Shown here: piece after piece, positions 31,046-41,100 of the stretch
Position numbering within the stretch: position 1 is the first letter of the stretch
How the letters are laid out: the number at the start of each line of letters is the position of its first letter
From: Caecitellus pseudoparvulus
Taxonomy: Eukaryota > Protista > Bigyra: Bicosoecida
Reading direction: 5' to 3'
DNA: 64,000 nucleotides
Assembly: GCA_965644315.1 (NCBI GenBank)
Contig: CBFFRQ010000018.1
Span: forward strand, 248,001-312,000
Made by a program: the position numbers and the translations under genes
The notes under the pieces: generated by a model
What the model was told of the DNA's origin: nothing
The model's input: only the letters and a program-made list of their open reading frames with translations
Database searches by the model: none

Positions 31046-32989
31046 ATGGCGGCAGAGGCCTCGACAGGGCAGGGAAGCCTCCCCCCTGTGCAAGACACTG
31101 ACATCAAGCTGCCCGCAGACTGCGGGGTGCACGAGCGTGACTGGACACCCGCCGCGGCGCAGGATGTGACGGTGGAGGTGCCGGAAGGCTTGTACTTCCT
31201 GGACCCCACGGCGTACTTCCAGCGCGTGGCGCCGCACGCCAACCTGGCCATCCAGTTCTCCACCACCCACGTGAATCGCCTGCGCTCCTACATGCGTGAT
31301 CACATGGACACGCTGCGTGCGACGTTTCTGGGCTCCATGCGGCTGGCAGGGCACACTCGCAAGAATGGCGAGAGCATGGTCATGTACTGCGTGCAGGGCG
31401 GGCAGGCCGCCGCCCTGGCCGTCGCCCGCGCCCTCGTCTCCGACATGCACATCGTGCGGGTGGCACGGCGTGTCTTCGTCGCAGACGGACTGGCCCCCGA
31501 CATGCCCAGCGCAGTGGAGCGTGTCGCCGCAGCGGCGCCCGGGTTTGTGACTCCTGAGCACGCAGCGCTAGCATCCAGCATCCAGGACGGCTCCGCTGCC
31601 CAGGAAGGCGAGACGACAGCCGAGACAGCAGCCCGCCTGGGCCTCAGCACAGTGGTCTTCGACAGCATCGCCGCGGGGCGGGTCCCCGTGCGATTCAACG
31701 TCGCGCCGCGGCAGGACCTGCCCGCGATCATTGATCGCCTGGACGACCACCCCGTCCTCGCCGGCGCCACCAAGGGCTACGTGGCCATGGCCACCTTCTT
31801 CCGCCTGGAGGGCGTGCCCGGCGTGTACTACAGCACCACCCCCCCCGACACCTTCTTTGGGCATCTGGGGGATCTGTACGCGCCTGCCTCCGGCGCTGTC
31901 TCTCGCGCCTACTACAAGCTCCGGGAGGCCTTCGTGCGGGGGGGGCTGGCGCTGCCTGCCTGGTTCACGGCGCGCCTCGCGCAGCCCCAGCGGGACCGCA
32001 GCAAGGCCCAGAAGCGGGCGAACTGGGCGAAGCACCAGGGCCTGACCAGTGCCCCCGTCGGCGCAGCCAGCGCCGGGGAGGCCGAGGCGGGGCCGGAGTC
32101 CAGCCAGGTCCCCCGGGACACGGCGCCGCCTGCTGCTGAGCGCGTGGGTGTGCAGTGGTCGTGCTACGACGCGCAGGGGCCCGCTGTGCTGGAGGGGGCT
32201 GTGAGGGCAGATGCGGCAGCCACACGCGACGCCCGAGCCCCCATGTGCACGGACCCCGTCCTGGTGGGCCTGGACGTCGGCGCCGCCCCGGGCGGCTGGA
32301 CACGCGGCCTGGCCAGCACCCTGGGCGCCAAGCTGGTGCTGGCGGTGGACCCGGCGGAGCTGGCGTCTGATCTGCCCCCCAATGTCGTGCACATCCGCAA
32401 GCGCTTCCAAGACGCCATCTCCGAGCTGAAGGACGTGTATGGGACTCGGGAGGGGGGGTCGCCTCTCCCGCCTGACGCCCCCCTCCCCCGCTACATCGAC
32501 GCGTACGTCTGCGACATGAACGTGCCCATCGACGTCTCGCTGCGCCTGCTGTTCCAGGCCTTGCCGCTGCTCACTGGCAACGCCCGCCTGGCGCTGACAG
32601 TGAAGAACTTCAACGGCAATGCGTCGGCGTGGCGGGACGGCGTGCGGCACTGCGAGGAAGCGCTGGCGCTGGTGTGCCGCCCCGGTACTGCCCGCCGCTT
32701 CCACCTCTTCTCCAACGGCAGGGAGGAACAAACACTCACGGGCTTGCTGCGCAGCGCCAGTGAGCTGGACGGTGTGACGCAGGAAGCTCTGGAGGCCATC
32801 CTGGCCACTCGGTGGGTGGGCGACCGCATGAGCGCAGACCCCGCTGAAATCGAAGCGTACACGGCAGCCCAGGTGGCTGCACGGAAGGAGCGCGACGCGA
32901 GGCGGAAGAAGATCACCAAGGAAAGCCGGAAGGCCAAGGTGGCCCGCACGTCTGCCGCAGATGCGGCGTCGGCTGCCTCCCAAGCCTGA
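31046..32989 (+). CDS. RlmM/FtsJ-like 2'-O-ribose RNA methyltransferase
   Basis: VSRAYYKLREAF, GLDVGAAPGGWT, AVDPAEL, YVCDMN, LTVK and REEQT give the K-D-K-E tetrad context. Confidence 0.85.
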   Translation: MAAEASTGQGSLPPVQDTDIKLPADCGVHERDWTPAAAQDVTVEVPEGLYFLDPTAYFQRVAPHANLAIQFSTTHVNRLRSYMRDHMDTLRATFLGSMRLAGHTRKNGESMVMYCVQGGQAAALAVARALVSDMHIVRVARRVFVADGLAPDMPSAVERVAAAAPGFVTPEHAALASSIQDGSAAQEGETTAETAARLGLSTVVFDSIAAGRVPVRFNVAPRQDLPAIIDRLDDHPVLAGATKGYVAMATFFRLEGVPGVYYSTTPPDTFFGHLGDLYAPASGAVSRAYYKLREAFVRGGLALPAWFTARLAQPQRDRSKAQKRANWAKHQGLTSAPVGAASAGEAEAGPESSQVPRDTAPPAAERVGVQWSCYDAQGPAVLEGAVRADAAATRDARAPMCTDPVLVGLDVGAAPGGWTRGLASTLGAKLVLAVDPAELASDLPPNVVHIRKRFQDAISELKDVYGTREGGSPLPPDAPLPRYIDAYVCDMNVPIDVSLRLLFQALPLLTGNARLALTVKNFNGNASAWRDGVRHCEEALALVCRPGTARRFHLFSNGREEQTLTGLLRSASELDGVTQEALEAILATRWVGDRMSADPAEIEAYTAAQVAARKERDARRKKITKESRKAKVARTSAADAASAASQA

Positions 32990-33110
32990 ATGCAATGCGC
33001 CGCTCAGGTCAAAGCCAAGCACACCGTCAGCCTGTGCCGGAATGCAGCAGCGCTGAGATGGCAGCAGCACCATTGTTGTCGTGGCAAGCCCGAATAGCCA
33101 ACGCAGCAGC

Positions 33111-35222
33111 ATGGCATCAGACAACAAGTATGACAGGCAAGAACGCCTGTGGGGCTCCCATGGCCAGGTGAGAGGAGGCGCCGGCGCTGCGTGCCCAGCG
33201 AGCCCACCACGCCAACCCAAACCCCGCCCGCAGAAAGCGCTGATGGAGGCGCGCATTTGCCTCCTCGGCTCCACAGCCGTGGGAACTGAGACCCTGAAAA
33301 ACTTGGTACTCCCTGGCTGTGGGCAGGTGACCATCGTGGACGATGCCATCGTGGCAGAGGGCGACTTGGGCAACAACTTCTTCGTCACGGCCGAGGACGT
33401 CGGCACGCCCCGCGCCGAGGCAGTGTGCAAGTGGCTGGTGGAGATGAACGACGACGTCAAGGGGGAAGCCCGCGTCGCCAACGCCGCTGAACTGGCAGAG
33501 ACCGAACCCGACTTCTTCACCTCCTTCTCCCTCATCATCGCCACCCAACTGCCCCGCGCGGCCCTACGCAAGGTGGCTGCCATTGCCTGGGCTGCAGGCA
33601 TCCCCTTCATGGTGCGTGGTCCCCGCCCGCTGGCCACCCTGTGCGATCCGCCGTGCGGCACCCTGCCTGGCTGCCCCCGCCCCCCACGCGCAGGCTGTGC
33701 GGTCTGTCGGCATGCTGGGCTCCGTGCGCATCGCACTGCCCCACCACGCCGTGTACGAGAGCAAGCCAGATGGGCAGGAGCTGAAGACAGACCTGCGCCT
33801 GGCAGCGCCCTTTCCTGAGCTGCTGGAGGTGGCTGAGGAGTTCCCGTTTGAGGGCGAGGGCGAGGAGGCCCGCAAGCGCCGCCACGACCTGCCCTGGCCC
33901 CTCCTCCTCCTGCACGCGGCGAAGCTGTGGAAAGCCCAGCATGACGGTGCGGCGCCCAGCGGCATCCGGGGCAAGAAGGAGTTCCGTGCATTGATTAAGG
34001 TGCGTGCGCGCCGGCACTTCACGCCGCGCCTGTGAGCACGCGCCTGCGCACACACCACGCCCCCCGCCGCGCCGCAGTCACTCCTCCCCCCCACCGATGA
34101 GGACGAGCCGGAACCAGAGAACGTGGCAGAGGCCGTGGAGCACGCGCCGGCTGCCTTCGCTGGGCCCGAGACAGCTGCTGTGAAGAAGGTCATGGAGTCA
34201 GTGCCCGCCGTGCTGGAGGCAGCCAAAGCCTCTGGGGGCTGCAAGGAGCCGTACTGGTACTTTGGTGTGTACCCATGCACTGCGTGCGCCCGCTGGCTGC
34301 TTTGCACGTGTGGCCCTCCCGCCGCCCCGCTGCAGTGCAAGCCATTGCGGAGTTCATGGAGGGGGAGGGTGCTGGGCGGCCGCCGCTGTCTGGCTTCTTG
34401 CCAGACATGACCGCGTCCACAGCCATGTTCATCCGGCTGCAAAGCGCGTACAAGGCGCGGGCCGACACAGAGGCCGCCTCAGTGCGCGCTCGCATGGACG
34501 CCTTGCTCGTGCAGGCAGGACTGAAGCCGGAGGACGTGCCCCAGGGCCAGTTCAGCACTTGGGTCAAGGCGGTTCAGTTCGCAGATGTCATTCAGTGCGT
34601 TCTGCAGAGACGGGCACGCAAGCCTGTTGTGCACCCGGTGTCATTTCCCTCCGCCCTGTCACAGTTACCGCTCCATCGAGGATGAGTACACGACGCCCAA
34701 CGCGGAGTGCTTGGACGAGACGCTGTACAAGCTCAGCACGCCCCCTGCTCCCGAGCATGCGCCGCTGAAGTGGTACATCATGATGCGCGCAGCTGATGCG
34801 TTCTTCGAGAAGCACGGGCGCTGGCCGGGGGACACAGATGCAACGGTGAGTTGACACTGGCACTGGGGCGGTCCCTGACACCCGAGCTACACTCAACTCG
34901 ACCCCGCACCTCTGCACAGCTGAGTCAAGATGCAGAGGAGCTGCTGACTCTTGGCCAAGCTGAAGCTGGCGTCATGGGGCTGCCTGCCGAGCACGTGTGG
35001 ACGGACGCGGAGTATGAGTCCAGCACCGTGCCGCTGCTCACGCCAGCCCACGCGCAGGAAATGGCACGGTACGGAGGGTGTGAGCTGCACACCGTGTCGG
35101 GCATTGTCGGGGGCTTGGCGTCCCAGGAAGCGGTGAAGCTGCTCACGCATCAGTTTGTCCCGGTGGACAACACTTTCATCTTTAACGGCATCGCAAGTGT
35201 GGCCGAGTCAGTGGCCGTGTGA
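33111..35222 (+). CDS. NAE1: NEDD8-activating enzyme E1 regulatory subunit (APPBP1/ULA1/AXR1), multi-exon
   Basis: KYDRQERLWG.HGQ, GTETLKNLVLPG, DLGNNFF, DLRLAAPFPEL, PPLSGFLPDMTAST, EMARYGGCELHTVSGIVGGLASQEAVKLLTHQFVPVDNTFIFNG. Confidence 0.95.
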
Positions 35223-35227
35223 GTCCT

Positions 35228-35819
35228 CTACGCACCCCACAGAATCAGCAGGAAGAGCACAACGACAGTGCAGGACATGCACGTCAGCAATGCACACCAG
35301 CCAGGCCCGCCGTTGGCTCGGATGAGCGCCTGCACCCGCTCGTTCGTGGCTTGCACGGCGTCGGTCACATCCTGCACCTCTTCCTCGGCTTCCCGCAACA
35401 TTCGCTCTTGCTCAGCCAGCTCCCCGTGGATGTTGCGCGACATCTCGCTCAGTCGATGAGCCGACGCGTGCAGGGCATCCAGGTGCTCGTCTTGCTGCTG
35501 CTCCAGCCGCTGCAGGTCAGGCGAGAGGGTGGCAGCGTGAGCAGAGCCAGCGCTTGCTGCCCCGTGCGGCGTGACATCGCGTCACCGGGCTCTTCCACGC
35601 ACCTGCCGTTCCAGCAGCAGCATTGCATGGCTACTTGTAGGCCCGACGCGGGTTCCACCTGGGCAAAGCCGAGCGGGGGTGCGTTCGTCAGGGTCGCCGG
35701 CACTGAGTGCGGGATTTGACCTCACCTTCGTCGCTGCTGCTCCCACCCAGGCCGTCGACACCCCCGGACAAAAGGGCAGCCCTTTCCTCGTCCCACCTAT
35801 CCTGTTCATGCCTTGCCAT
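35228..35819 (-). CDS. Tail-anchored Qc-SNARE (syntaxin-6/8/Bet1-like), 3 exons
   Basis: Spliced MARHEQDRWDEERAALL...LLERQ|RLEQQQDEHLDALHASAHRLSEMSRNIHGELAEQERML (0-layer Q), then C-terminal TM CALLTCMSCTVVVLFLLILW. Confidence 0.85.
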
Positions 35820-35940
35820 GCCTCCCTAGTGAAGCTCACTCCCGTTGCCAAGCGTGGGACGTGTTGAGCGCCTTGTCAATTTGCGCCCCCTGCCCGTCTG
35901 CACAACCACGCCACGTGACAGAGCAGGCGAGTGCCACAGC

Positions 35941-36222
35941 AAAAAGGATACCTTCCTCGGGCTCCATCCCGTTTGATCCTACACCTTTCTCGCACGTGAT
36001 CTGCTCACTGACACAGGTGGAACGGCCTTCTGCTCGGTTGCCCGCCTGAAAGATACCGCCCTCATTATACAGGCTTTCACCACCAACCTTCGAAGGTGGC
36101 TAGACCCGACCGATGCCTTGAGCTAGGCGCGCGATCTGCAAGAGTGCAGGCGGGAGAAGAGGCTCCGTAGGGTACCCCAAGCCCGGCATGCAACCGTCAC
36201 AGGAGCGCGCTACACTCCCGGC
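35941..36222 (-). ncRNA. Signal recognition particle RNA (7SL)
   Basis: Minus strand begins GCCGGGAGUG-UAGCG-CGCUCC-UGUGA-CGGU..GCCG-GGC (Alu domain with UGUNR). Helix 8 CUUU-CAGG-CGG-GCAA-CCG-AGCA-GAAG (36052-36027) has a GNRA loop and the SRP54-binding loop. The 3' GGUAUCC pairs with GGGUACC of helix 5, followed by a T5 Pol III terminator. About 282 nt. Confidence 0.9.
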
Positions 36223-36249
36223 CTGAAAGTTTTGTCGAAACGTGGAAGC

Positions 36250-36254
36250 TATAA
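36250..36254 (-). promoter_or_regulatory. TATA-like element for the SRP RNA gene
   Basis: TTATA on the minus strand at about -28 to -32 from the predicted 5' end, in an otherwise GC-rich genome. Confidence 0.45.
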
Positions 36255-36342
36255 GGACCACAAGTGCATGCCGACACGCCGCCTTCGCAGTGGGCGACGG
36301 CACTCCGCACGACTCGAGCGACACGCTGCATTGCAAGGCACA

Positions 36343-37807
36343 TCAAGACCCGGATGAACTTGGGAAAACTTCACCAAACACCTTGTTCAACACCTGCTCC
36401 TGTCGCAACAAGCGCAGCAAAATGTTGCCCCGCTGCTCTGGCGCCATGGACTCCAGTACCATCGTGTCCAGCTCGTCCGCCACCTTGCCGCCCATGCCGC
36501 TCTGACTGTCGCCGCCAGCCGAGCTGCCCCGCAAAATACTGCTGCCTGCCGAAGCAAGGGCTCGCCCAGGGCCCCCCCCCTCTGCCCGCTTGCGCCGTGC
36601 CTCTACTTCCGCCTTGACTTCCTCCACTGCACCGCGCAGAAACGTCTCCAGCGCAGAGCGCGCCTGCAGATCAGCGGTGTACGCCGCGCGAACCTGACGC
36701 AGCGAGCGCCGTTCCGTGTCCAACACCCGTTTCAAGCGTTTGATCACCTCCCTATACCTTGCCTCGCTCTCGCTCGCACCGCCAGCGCCCTGCTCAGCCG
36801 TGGAGCCTGCACTGGCACCAAACGCAGCAGGAACAGCTGCCTCTGCACGGCGCTGCTCTGCCTCCTGCCGAGCTGTGTCCAGCTCACCCTTCAGCGCTTC
36901 GTTGTCCTGCCGCAAGCGAGCGTTGTCCTTCTTCGCTGCGACCAGCTGCCGAATGAGGTACTCGCGGTCGTCTTGCTCCGTCTTGAACTGGGTCTTGATG
37001 CGGCTGTTCTCAGCAGCCAGCGTCTGGTTGTGGCGGTCCAGGCGGTCAGCCATGTCCTTGGCCCACTCAAGCTCCTTCTCCAGCTGCCGGTTCTTCTCAA
37101 TCCACACGGCTGCGCCGTCCTCAGCGCGAGCTCGCTCCTTCTCCAGCTCAGTCTGCACGTCAAACAGCCTCGCGCGAAAGGCGCGCAGCAGGTCGCGCTC
37201 TTGCTCCTGGAGAATGCGTGACGTCTGCTCTTGCACGTGCTCGATATTCCGCAAGATCGTGTCTGGGGTGCGCGGCAGTGACGAGCCAGTGCAAACTAGG
37301 CAGCGTTTCTCGCACGCCGAAGCCCGCCACCCGGCCGTGCGGGACCATTCACGTACCGTGCACGCTCCTCAGGCCTCCCATGCGCTTTTCTGCCAGCTGC
37401 TCCGTCACAGAGTGCATGCGAGTTGTCTGGGGAGCAGGGGGCGGAGACGGGTGCTACGACGACGCAGTGCCGCAGCGACGAGCCGAAAGCCGTCTTCGAG
37501 CGCTACTGCAGAACGGCATTGGCGCACCTCCTCAAGGAGGGATCTCACCTTGTCAATGTCACGTTGGAGGGTCTGGATCTTCGTCTGTGCGTCCCGCTGC
37601 TCCCGGATGTGTGCTTTCTGCGGCATCCAAAAGGAAGCCAGGGTTTCACATGAAACTCTCCCGAGGCGCAGACGCGCCACTCACCTGGCGGCGCCCAACA
37701 TCTTCCCGCAACGCATCGATAGTGTCCTGATAGCTGTGTACCTTGGAGGAACTGCCGCCCTCCAGAGTCACCTGGCCAGGGCGTGCCCTGCCACTTGCGC
37801 TGGCCAT
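36343..37807 (-). CDS. Coiled-coil protein (cilium/centrosome-type), multi-exon
   Basis: Exons MASASG...DALREDVGRRQ|KAHIREQ...QRDIDK|LTEQLAEKRMGGLRS|TILRNIEHVQEQTSRILQEQERDLLRAFRARLFDVQ...; continuous heptad-rich helix. Function is inferred. Confidence 0.75.
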
Positions 37808-38182
37808 GCTGCCCGCTCCCTCCCCGCGGCAAGCGGAGCAGTGCACAGACGAGCGTGTCCGGTATCGAGTTCAAGTCCAGGGGCAAGAGGGCGCAGATGC
37901 TGTGAGTGGCGTGCAGTGGTGGAGAAGTTGCTGCAAATGCTCAAATTGTGGGAATTTAGCACATACTGCGAAAGGATACCCGTAGTGTTGCTAAAAAGTC
38001 GGCTGGCAGACAGCTTGGGGGCCTCCGGATGAGATTCGTGGATTACCAGCACCCAAAGATGCTCCACGGCATAATACACATCCGGGTGTCCCACCAAGGG
38101 GCTACTCCTGCACAACGAAACCCAAGCGTGGGTTAACCTGCCTGCACAGTGCGTCCGGTGCTGGGGAGTTGCGGGTGGCGAG

Positions 38183-41100
38183 ATGGATGCAGCAGGGCCA
38201 GGCCAGGCAGCAGGCGAGCGAGGCGCTGGCGGGGCCAAGCAGCGACGCACTCAGGACGGTGCAGGCGATGTGATCTCTCCGTATGCCGGGATGCAGGCTT
38301 GGTTGAGTGCGGATGTTCCGCCATCGCAAGGAGAGCTGTGGCTGGCACAGCACCTCCAGGGCAGAAAGGCAGCAAGCACGAATGCCGCAGCCGTTGGAGG
38401 CTCCCCACTGCGCCCGTCGATGGAGGTGAAAGAGTCCCGGAGCACTGACGAGCTCCAAGACGTCAGTGGAACCTCTAAGCAGGGCACGAACGGAGTAGGC
38501 TCGTCGTGCGAAGGAGGGGAAGCACTCAAACTAGGAGGGCGTGAGGCATCAAAATCCGCACCTTTGCCGGTGGGAGGCAACACTGGCACAGCTTCAGATC
38601 AACAGCGAGATGCAGATTCTGCCAGTGAGGCAGCAGTCAGAACGGATGCCCATGCAGTGCTGGACGGACAGTCTGCGCCCCAATCGTTGGCTGGGGGCCT
38701 GTTTGACGCTGAATCATCAGACTCGGATGACGAGCTGGCGTTGGCAGACGTGGCCTTGGCCGGCCATGGCGGCGCCCCTGCGCCACCAACACCCAAGGCA
38801 CACCCCACCACCCCACCATTAGCCACTTCGTCCCCTCCACGAAGACGTGGACGTCGTCGCGTGGGCGGTGGGGCCACAGGGTACCGGCACCGCGAAGTGC
38901 TGCCGATGTTTGAGGAAGTGTGGGGCGTCATTGCAGCAAAAGACAGCACGCTGGCGGACCTGCAGGCGGCGTGGAAGGACATGCACTGTCCAGTGGAGTG
39001 CTGCGCTGCTCTGGGCCCGCAGGAAACCAGCCATCCCCTCCTGCATGCGGTGCACCAGGGGCGGCCGGAGATGGTGCATTGGCTGCTGCTGCAGGGCCTG
39101 CGACCCGACTGCACGGGGGCAGTGCGGCCGTACTCGGGTGACAACTTGCTAGGCCAGGGCATGGACAACGAGCACCGACAGCCCCTGGACCTGGCACGCC
39201 AGCTGCGCTCGCTGGGCACGAAGCCTGCCGCCATGCTGCAGGTGCTGGATATGTTAGAGACTGCACTGGCTGCACAAGACCTGGGCAAGAGCTACGCGGA
39301 CATGGTGGGGGAGGATGACACGCGTGAAGTGGTGGACACGCCTGTGGAAAGCGCAGAGGCGACGCCGCCTGAGGGGGGCGCGCCTTCCCTCCTGCAACTC
39401 GTGTCTGCTGCTGATGCGCAGCCGGCTGATCCCGCACCCCCCCTCAGCGAGCACGAGCGGGCCCTGCTGGACGCAAACAGTGCCCATCACGAGCACGGCG
39501 AGTTCTACCACCCACCAGAGGTGTCTGAGCGCTTCGCAGAGGTGGTCGCTGCAGCACAGGAAGATGACGCGGCAGGTGTCCGTGCGGCGCTGGTGGCTGA
39601 CACTGGCCTGGCAGCTGCCGCTTGGGACCAGGACGCCGATGGGACGAATCACCCCGTGCTTCACGCTGTCCAGCACTGCAGCGAAGACGCGCTCGCTGCC
39701 TTGCTCCAGGCAAGGTTGCCTGTGCATGTTCGGGGCACGGTGCACCCGTTGCCCAGTGACGACTGCCGGCCGGGAGAGCTGAAACGCATCACTCCCGAGG
39801 GGCTTGCTCGCCTCATGATAGGCAAACTCCGCGTCGCGTGCAACACCAAGGCCCGCCTCCGGTTCGAGCGTGTGCTGGGCCTCATCCTGCGTGCAGCCAG
39901 CGAGCAAGCCTCCCCCGACTTCCAAGCACCCACGCCGACGCCGCTCCAGACTGCCAAGGCCGTTGAACCAGTTGCAGCACCTCCCCCACAAGCAACAGGA
40001 CAAAGCCCTGTTGACGCACTGGCGCAGCTACGGCAGCAGGTCGCGGCGCTGGATGCTACTGAGGGTGCGCCTGCTGTGGCGCCTGTGCGCTCTCGCAGCA
40101 GCGGGGCTGTGGACAAACTGCAAAAGCGGCGGCAGGCAAAGGAGGCACGGCGCGCACGCCGCGCCGAGAAGCGCAGGCGGGAGGCAGCATCTGACTCAGA
40201 CGAGGAGGTGGTGGAGAGTCACAGGCTCCAGCCCCAGCGCCGCCGTCTTCCGTCCTCTGGGAGCAGCCAGGCCTCTGAGGAGTCAAGTGGCGGGGAAGAG
40301 TACACCGGGCTAGGTGGGCGTGTCGTGCAGGCCGATGCGCACCCAGAGTATGCCATGCGAGTGGGATCTCCCGTGCCGCGGCGCCCCGCGGAGGGTGCTG
40401 CCTCGGACGCTGGTTCCAGCGGCGACAGCAGCGCCATGGAGGGGGGTATCTATGACGAAGTCGCCCCAGATGACCTGTTCTCGGAGGAGGAGGAAGACTT
40501 CGTTCCAGCGCCCCAGCAGCCACTTCGGCACATTCAAACACAGCTGCCCCTGCAGCCCAGTGCCGCAGACTCGCACGGTACCTCCCGGCCTCCTGCACTG
40601 GCGTTGGGTGACTCGCGTGACTCCGAGAGCCCACGCACTGAGGGGACCAGCTCGCGACGAGTGCAGGGCTCCATTCTCAGGGTGCCTGCTGCACGAAAAC
40701 GCAGCAGAGCGAAGGTCCGGCACCCCGCTCCAACTCCAAGGCGCCACCTCACCGCCAGGTCTCTGCGCCACCCCGCTCCCCGCCAAGGTGGCCCCCCCGC
40801 AAAACGCCGCCCCCGCCCACCAGCAAGTGGTCCAGGCTCAGCGCCGTTCTCTGGAGGGGTGGGCATTTCAATTGCCGCCTTGCCCGATGTCGGCGCCACA
40901 GCGACGGCAGCCGTGGCGCAGCATGCACAGAGAGTTGTGGCGAGCAAATCTGCGGCAGGTGGCGCTCAGACTCCACCCTCGCTTGACGTGCGCGACTCCC
41001 CAGGACGAGGGGCGGGCCTTGTCTGGGACGATGAAGTGTCTGCGGCGTTGAGGCACCAGAGCTCTGTGCGGCAGACAGCCCTCCTGTCCCAGCTTCAGCA

